Shown here piece by piece: positions 51,801 to 64,000 of a stretch of 64,000 nucleotides of DNA. Position 1 is the stretch's first letter, and each line of letters begins with the position of its first letter. The notes under the pieces are model-generated. The model ran no database searches, was not told the origin of the DNA, and worked only from the letters and a program-made list of their open reading frames with translations. The position numbers were made by a program, and so were the translations under genes. The stretch comes from Tubulanus polymorphus (Eukaryota; Animalia; Nemertea): assembly GCF_964204645.1 (NCBI RefSeq), contig NC_134028.1, positions 3,472,001 through 3,536,000 of the forward strand, read 5' to 3'.

Positions 51801-54054
51801 ACTGCAACTAAGCTTAGTCATCAGTATATCTCAACATGAATTTCTATTCTCTACATGTTTTAGGTAATTCTATCAGGTCGCGAAAAATGTAAAAGCGTAC
51901 TGATTACAATCTTAAGGGTTACTTTGCTTACGTCTTGTTCACTGATGAATTGCGCGATTTGTTTCACGGAATGAAGAGGCACAAGAGGTAGAAGGTATCG
52001 TTCTAAAAACACGACCATGTGATCAGCTGTCAAATGACCTGAAAAGTAGGGCAAATGAAAGTGAAGCTAATTGTGGGAACTTGTCAAGCCAGCATTGTGG
52101 GCCCGATAACTACTAATCTGAACACTTCCTTGGTTTCTTGATGTCGACTGATTAATTCTCATTCCATACTAACTCAACTTGTTGCTTAATACAGCGACAG
52201 TATTTGTACTTGGGCGTGATTACTATGGCCAGTATCTGGTAGGGATTAAGTCCCTTTATGTAACGGGCTCACACTAAGAAGTCAGGAATAAACCACAGAA
52301 AGTATCAAACGAAGAAGGATCGGCAAATCCAACTGAAACAATTTTTAATGCAGTGAGTACCGATACTTACTATTATAGCGAAAACCATTAAGTGTAGTGT
52401 GATAGAGGAATATGACCGGGTAACTATAAAACTTGTACTTCTTGCGACACTGTCCAGTTGGCCACCAACAATTGACGGCCGCAAATGTTATCTGAAAATT
52501 AAATACAAAAATGCTTAAAATCAGAACAGGACATAATTCGGGTAGATAGGGTAACAGACTTGAAGGAACCCCAAAAAAGAACCTTGTGAGCAGTGACAAT
52601 TCCAACTCAATGACCTATTATCAAAGAATTCCAAAAAAAACATTGAAGAAAAACTTTTTTTCTAATTGTGGATTTTCTTCAAATAAGGGTAGGCCTATAG
52701 ACAGTTACAGTCTATGTAAAATACCCTCATATTAAACGAACCTGGTCATGCATATATTGGGCAGCTTTACCAAACTCCCATCGTACTTCCATAGATTTGG
52801 CGCACCACGGAGCGTAGTACATGACAAACAGCAGACCCTCCTTTTCTAAACGATCACCGAGCACGTCCAAACCTCCGTACTGATTCTCAATCACCGGTAT
52901 ACTAGGGTGGAAAAACTTCTTCGGCAAGGGCTGTTCACGTATCACATCATTTTTCTTCCTATATCAAATAATAAAAAATAAAAATTTTCGACCCGTGAAA
53001 TAGATAACAATAATTTCCTACGTTGACTGGAAATACTTTATACGGAATGTGAAGATGTTGGCTTGGATTACGCATGAAGCTAATCAAAAAGCGTTGCAGT
53101 GGTTTTATTTTCAACCAATCAGAAATCACGTTTCGTTTGAGCTGTGGTCATTACACTTATTTCTATCGATGAATTTGCCAAGCGATTATAAAACGGGCAA
53201 TTCGATTGTTTGGCCGGTCATCCTTATTACCGAGATGATGTATTTTACCGAGATGAACCACCGAGATGAAATGAAATATAACATATTTATTTATTCCTTA
53301 TCGATTTTAACAATTGACATCATATCATATCAGTAATAAATGCCTGCTGGAGTCATATTTTACATATTTTGTCGGATATCTTTGTAGAAAAATAACTTAA
53401 CTTTACAGAGATGAGATCGTCGATCAATCAAATTCAATGAAATTTAATTGCTAACCGAGTTTACGTATTTGAAGTCAAAATTTTTTTAGATAAAAAAATA
53501 TGTAAAATATGACTCTAGAAGGTATTTATTACTGATATAACATGATTTCAAGTGTTAAAATCGAAAAGGAATAAATAAATATGCTATATTTCATTTCATC
53601 TCGGTTCGTCTCGGTTCATCTCGGTAAAATACGTCATCTCGGTAATAAGGATGACCCTGTTTGGCTACATTATTTTTGGGCGGCTCTACCACACACGACA
53701 CAGTCACAGTAACTCAGAGTAGAAATAGACACTGCCCTTTAGAAACCAAATGTCTCATTGTGGCATATATAAGTGTAGTGTATATAGAGTCTTGAAGTCA
53801 GGTTCGTCGCCATTGAAGACCTCAACTGATTATGAGGAGGAAAATCAACCGAAAGCAGAGAAAGGAAAGGTGTGCAGGTAGGATCGGGATTCCCTGACCC
53901 TCCTGTTCTGCTGTCATCACTCTTACCGAGCGGATGATTTCTGAGCTATGAATATCAACACGATAGTCAATAGAACACAACAAATATCCGGATTCCTCGC
54001 CATCGTCCGGTATATTCTGCTAGCAAACTGCTGAATTATTCGAGGAGCAGCCAT
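36290..54054 (-). CDS. TXNDC11: Thioredoxin domain-containing protein 11 (EFP1), ~916 aa, 14 coding exons
   Basis: Exons (minus): 54054-53927, 52958-52742, 52491-52371, 52038-51932, 51676-51583, 51337-51225, 51151-51074, 50987-50859, 50623-49850, 49429-49381, 49213-49026, 48328-48216, 48122-48042, 36848-36290. All introns are GT-AG, phases are compatible, total 2751 nt. Motifs YAPWCAKS, AVNCWWPTGQCRK, GYFDFNASPQPPGF, YYSHWCGHC, NDLPWPFTVDRYPS and a C-terminal coiled coil match recalled vertebrate TXNDC11. Confidence 0.92.
37261..37296. repeat. 12-bp tandem repeat x3 (GG(G/A)CGGCAAACC)
   Basis: gggcggcaaacc ggacggcaaacc gggcggcaaacc. Confidence 0.8.
37300..37415. mobile_element. Degenerate fold-back of the 1403-1612 family
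   Basis: AATCCTACAATTATAATGAAAAATCCGAGAATG...TAGTAGTTTATT aligns with the 1403 arm; ends TAGTGGGATTC. Confidence 0.55.
45468..45499. mobile_element. 32-bp perfect palindrome with 7-bp TSD (P-element-like remnant or footprint)
   Basis: CATGGACGTATAAACTAGTTTATACGTCCATG, flanked by CACGGAC at 45461-45467 and 45500-45506. Confidence 0.75.
47470..47860. mobile_element. MITE with 5-bp TSD (hAT5-like)
   Basis: CAGGGTCCCTAC ... GTAGGGACCCCG, flanked by TTATT on both sides; internal AAGGA repeats. Confidence 0.7.
48796..48915. mobile_element. Truncated Harbinger-like MITE, inverted relative of 63161-63307
   Basis: GGGCCCAGTTTCACAAAAAA start; internal GGTTACTTCAT..TTTCAA.GAGGACAACAATTCAA matches the reverse complement of the 63161 copy. 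Confidence 0.65.
53215..53657. mobile_element. Long fold-back MITE with 8-bp TSD in TXNDC11 intron 1
   Basis: ~150-bp imperfect TIRs starting GGTCATCCTTATTACCGAGATGA, with CCGAGATGA subrepeats; TGTTTGGC at 53207-53214 and 53658-53665. Confidence 0.8.
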
Positions 54055-54282
54055 TTGGCTGCGTCCACGTCATCGTCGAGATGCCGAAAAATATTTATAA
54101 CGCTACGACCTTGAAATGAAGCGGTTGGAGTAGAACACGTAATTGGATTAGAGGGAACGCGTCGATATTTGGGTAGAGCTCGGAGCTGCCCCTTGCTCAT
54201 GACAGGATTCGAAACCCAGTGGTGACGTAATAGGCTCTGAGCTTTCTGAAAAAAACCCGGCCGTAGATCACATGACATTAAC
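54055..54282. promoter_or_regulatory. Bidirectional promoter region of TXNDC11 and the WBP1-like gene, with a UPRE-like motif
   Basis: Only 228 bp between the divergent ATGs; TGACGTGG on the minus strand at 54065-54072; ATTGG at ~54142; TGACGTAA at ~54223. Confidence 0.6.
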
Positions 54283-56444
54283 ATGGTTGACTGTCAGATA
54301 ATGTCGGTGACAGCTGTCGTAACAATTATTTTCAGTATTCTTACTGATTTAGCGGAGGTATTTTTGCAATCAATCTATTTCAGTTTGATGATGAAGTTTA
54401 AATTGTGGACAAATAAGTTAATCGTTGGTTGTAAACTTTTGATCGGGGGCTTTGCCTGTGGTGTCTGTGTATTAAATAATAATTGGATTGCCTGCTGGGG
54501 CTGGTTGGTGGGCACAGAGCCAAACTAAACTCCCTGGCTTGGATTTTACTTCCGGGTTGTTAATTTGTTGATTTGATCTAGACTAAAGTAAATAATTTGG
54601 CGTATTCCGAATGAATTCATTTGTGGCGACAACAATAATAATGTTACAAAAAATTGTGGGTATTCTGACTTTCTAGTTTGTTTTTGCACTGACGAGTGAC
54701 TGGACCCATAAATGACCCCACCGCCCCAGATCAGCACCTTTCAATGTCTATGACAATAAACTACTGCTTTGTGAAGGTCCAATGCCTTATCACAGGGGCT
54801 CGTCACGATAGCTGGGGGTCCAAAATCAAAGATTTGACCCAGTATCCTAGGTACCTCTACTAGGAGGATACTGGGTCAAATCTTTGATTTTGGACCCCAG
54901 CTATCAAGACGAGCTCCTGTATGCCTTATATCCAATAATTTGGAAGTTATGAGGATTTCAATGTGTTAATTTCATTAACCCGCAAATCACCTGGCACCAA
55001 CGGGAATAAACCTTAATAAAGCTGCCAGCAGGTTAAGGCTCAAGTTCAGCTGCCCAACTGAGCTGGTCCTATTTAAGACATCAGGTATGCACTACTAGAA
55101 TTTACTGAACTAGGCCACCCGATGTTCTCTCCAAACAATGTTGAAATCGATATTAGTATCTAGTTCGTTGTTCCCAAACACGATAACAATGATTGGCATT
55201 CAGACTACAGATTCACTTGTCAGTAACTGACTGTGGTTTAGTTTCACGATCAGATATTTTCACAAATCACATTGGTATGAGCTCATCTGATTATAAAAGT
55301 TTACCACCAACAATTGGGTAATTGGGACATTCAGATTCACTATTTGAATTTCATATTTTTACAATAGGCTGGTGAATTCTGTGATAATGGCAACTACTGT
55401 GCAGGTAAGCTCTTAACGTATTAATCATGTTTTTGTTAACAAGTTTTGTTTGTCTCAAGATTCTCAGTGGTAAGTGGTTTGTTGACATGATGTATATTTT
55501 CTTATATTTTAGGATGGAGTTATTGTTGTGGGTTTGGAATGTGTTGTGAAACCAGAGTTTACAATCTATGGTGTAAGTACAAGTCTTGGTGGTGAATTTC
55601 CATGTCATTTGTAAAACTTTTGATCCAAAGCCGGACAAGCATAATCCTAGCGCTGTCTTTCCGCTAGACCATCTTGGCTAGTTACAAACCAATCGATGTT
55701 TAGACTATACTTGGCACTAAACCTCTCATCCTAAACCTAAGCATTTGATGATGATGATATTATTGTTTTCAGTTTATTTTTTCTATGGAGGGTGGCATAA
55801 TCATGTTAATTGATATAACGTGTTTCATCGGCATAATAACCACTTTCTTAGCTTTAAGTAGATGTATAAGTTGTGTATGTTTTCTAGGGTTTTGGACGGT
55901 TTGGGTCGTCATATTCCTGATGATAGTTTCGTGCGGAGTTTGTTGCCGTCGTCGTTATGTAGCTCGTCGTGAGTCAGGCGTTGTTGTAACTACCGGACAG
56001 CCGGTTGTTTACGGTACCGTTCCGCAGTATCCCGCGCAGCCGTACAATTATAACCCACAATCGGCAGCCGCAACTGGATACCCGAAACCACCTCCATACG
56101 CTCCTCCACAACCAGTACGTATCACTTCTCACTAGATGTTACGGAAATATTTCTATACATTGTTAATTACTATGCATTGGGTACTGTGAGTGCACTACAT
56201 TCACAATTGTGAAAATTGGCATTTATTTTGTAATAAATTGAATTTCATGACTCTTGATACATCTATATAAGGAATTCTTATGTCTTTGATAATGAATTTC
56301 CAAGATGATTATTACAATTGTGAATATTGGCAAAATTTTCAACAGCTCATTATCCAGTCTGAAATAAATCACGTTTGCGAGGACATTTCGATTATTTTCT
56401 ATTTTCAGTATCCTGGAAATCCACCACCTGGATATGCCCCGTAG
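54283..56444 (+). CDS. WBP1/VOPP1-like (Shisa-like) single-pass membrane protein with PY motifs, ~144 aa
   Basis: Exons 54283-54357, 55368-55404, 55513-55572, 55888-56114, 56409-56444 (GT-AG, in frame, 435 nt). Signal-like N-terminus, six-Cys ectodomain (FCDNGNYCAGWSYCCGFGMCCE), VYNLWWFW, TM helix, CCRRR, Pro/Tyr-rich tail with PPPY and PPGY. Confidence 0.82.
54791..54921. mobile_element. Palindromic P-element-like MITE with 8-bp TSD
   Basis: ~57-bp arms CACAGGGGCTCGTC..CCAGTATCCT / AGGATACTGG..GACGAGCTCCTGTA; TGCCTTAT on both flanks. Confidence 0.75.
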
Positions 56445-58217
56445 AACGCCGCTGTTGACGAAACACTTGTATGACTGCGTGGAAAGATTTGAATTTGAAT
56501 GGAAATCTGAACATTCTTTATCTAAGCTTGTGAATCAGTCATCATCTGGTATTGAAGCTTTTCCTGGAAGAAATGAATTTCATATGCTATGTTTGTCGTC
56601 ATCTAGATTTTGACTTTTCTTTACACATCTTTTCAAGTGAAATGATGGTATCATATATAAATGTAATTAAAAATCGCGATAATATGGGATTATTATTTTC
56701 GGTAGGCCCTGGGTTACTCGTTATTTTTTCGGCTTCATTCAAGGTAATTTTAACTGTCTTGCTTCTACAGCAGCTATGTCAAGATTTTAAGCAATCAATA
56801 TATATAGTCTAGTTCATAAATAGAAAATCAACAACATTTACTATCATCAGTAAAAAATCGATTTCACTGACATTTCGGATAGGTTACTTCTATCCATCTT
56901 GAGAGATTTATCTAAGATGAATGTAATTTTATGACAATTTCAAATAAATCTCAAAAGATGGTGAAACAGAATTTTTTTCAATATTGGGGGGGGTTTTGTA
57001 TATACTGTACTACATAGAATGCGACAAGTCTGAATTGATCGTCTAGTTTAATATTTTCCGAGATTTTACCGCTTTAGATTTGACAATAGAGTGCGGGAAA
57101 CTATGTGATAGGATTTACCAGCTGTGACTTTTTACCGGAGCAAGAATTTAATCGTTTAAATCAAATACGCGTATATTACGTTGATGTATTGAAACATGGT
57201 TTTTTGCCTTTTATCTTGTTTTAAAACATGTACTTGTAATTATTGATTTCATGTACCGTACTGGGAACTAATACCCTAGAGAACTCAAAAGGATTAAAAA
57301 ATCAATCCCGAGTTCAGTGTAATCGTATATTAATCAGTCAATAATGTTTTGTATATTTTGATAATTTATGTAATTCATCATTTCGTTAAGGCAGCATTCA
57401 AATTGTACGTAGGATACTTTTCTCATCGGGGGTTTTCAAAAGTTGTACGTACTGTGTAGACGAGACATATCTTAATGTCAAAATCTATCTCATGCAAAAA
57501 TAAACTGCAGTACATAATATACCACAATATTCTTATCCTAGTTCCAGAATGTCATTGAAAGCATCGCGCATAGGTTTTGTATTATACATGTAGTCCAATT
57601 GTTCATGGTAGATGGGGTAAAAAATAGGTACATGTACTAAGATTCTAAAAGGGGAGGGGATTCGTGTACTATTTGAATGCTTCCTGTAAATCATTCATAT
57701 TGTACGTGTATTTGTTAATAATCTTGTGATAATTAAGGACCTAAAAGAAGTATTGGTCTTCTTAAACATATGCATATAGTTTTATACAAGGCAACTTCCG
57801 GTTTTCATGACTTAGTCGGCAAAATAAAGTTTAACGTTTGTAAGTTATTTCACTTGCCGTCCTTTTATTGTCTTAGTTTTAGCTTCTCACAATGGGGTGG
57901 CCTATGGACACGGCAAGAATTATCAAGGTTCTCATCCGGGGACTTGTAACCAAATCCAGTTATATCAATCATTCCTCCAGTTAGGTAAGCTTTTTCATTG
58001 GAACCAGAAGCATTCATTGCTTTAGAGGTTTTACTGTATGTACATGTACTAAGTGTACTGTGTCCTAGATCCTCCTATGACAGAACACTACCTGCCAGTC
58101 AGAAGAGAAAATTAAGACCCACTATCTGCAGCAGAGCAATACTTTCCATATTGACTCATCAAAACCAACCATAAGGAAACATCAACAAAACTAACACCCA
58201 TTTCCACGTACTACAAG

Positions 58218-58223
58218 TTTATT
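58218..58223 (-). terminator. RACK1 polyadenylation signal AATAAA
   Basis: TTTATT on the plus strand, ~45 nt past the RACK1 stop codon. Confidence 0.6.
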
Positions 58224-58267
58224 TTTCCTGTAATTTTTCTTAACTTATTCGTTTACGTATATAAATT

Positions 58268-62133
<3,866 letters not shown>

Positions 62134-62570
62134 TTTTTCAATTTATACCGAGCGTGAAGTCTGATGTCGAACGATTTTCGCAAGTTGCTTCGATATTTTA
62201 GGCCTAACGCTATGGCGGCCACGACTAAAAGAGCCTGTAGAGGGCGCTGATTTACGAGCTGAGAAATATTTCAGATTTTACTAAGTGTAATTTTGAATTT
62301 CATCTTTCCCATTTGTCGAAGTATACACGCATAGAAATAGGAAATAATGATTAAAAATCGCAAAAAGCTGTTTAAAAAAGAGTTTCTCGAGCTATGACGT
62401 CATGCGGCACAGTGGCGGCCATTTTGCCAAAATCTTTCCTCAAATCGCTATTATTCCTCCGCCTAGATTCAACTGAAACTGCATTAACTACGCCGTCGTT
62501 CAGAGCGTTTCCGACTAAATTAGCGGCGAGAGTGACCATTGAAACGTTTTATTAAAGACATTGCCTTGTC
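62134..62570. promoter_or_regulatory. Bidirectional promoter region of RACK1 and PP2Ac
   Basis: 437 bp between the divergent ATGs. TCT/5'TOP-like CTCTTTT on minus at 62227-62233; YY1-like ATGGCGGC (62212) and GCGGCCATTTTG (62415); CRE palindrome ATGACGTCAT (62394-62403). Confidence 0.7.
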
Positions 62571-63745
<1,175 letters not shown>

Positions 63746-64000
63746 TAACAGTGTTTGTAGTTTGAGTTTGAGTTTCTTACCGATCAGGGGAAAAAATGAT
63801 TATATTTTTCCTTCCTCGGGAAAAAATTAGATGATTCTGAATCTTCTTAGAAATCAGGGAAAGTCAGTGAATTTGAAATTTTGATGTCTTGTTTTTGCTG
63901 GTGATGAATCGCAAAGAACCCTAGTCATATTGAGAAGAAACAGTCCCCACTGAGAGTATTTTCAGGGTTTTCCGCTATCAGATTTGTCTGGACACAGACG

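Noticed and set aside
54036-54284. 82-aa minus-strand ORF overlapping the TXNDC11 start
   Set aside because: It spans the bidirectional promoter, its ATG overlaps the ATG of the opposite gene, and it has no recognisable homology.

Overview
Eukaryotic genomic DNA: AT-rich, CpG not visibly depleted, GT-AG introns, most consistent with a non-vertebrate bilaterian (inference). The right part (36-64 kb) holds four spliced genes in two head-to-head pairs. These are TXNDC11 (minus, 14 coding exons, ~916 aa, 11.2-kb last intron, C-terminal RDEL) with a small WBP1/VOPP1-like PY-motif membrane protein gene (plus), and RACK1 (minus, 7 exons, 318 aa) with the PP2A catalytic subunit (plus, first two exons). 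RACK1 introns hold at least eight box C/D snoRNA copies. Four are SNORD96-like (5.8S Gm75 guide) and all carry a compensatory non-canonical box C/box D pair; four are SNORD52/snR78-like (28S guide). Several sit in one intron. The left ~36 kb has no recognisable protein-coding gene. It contains one tRNA-Thr(TGT), tRNA-derived SINE-like pieces, a LINE RT remnant, hammerhead-bearing Penelope-like fold-backs, many MITEs with readable TSDs, 32-bp P-element-footprint-like palindromes and an enhancer-like TAATCC cluster. All calls were made by eye; no searches were run.
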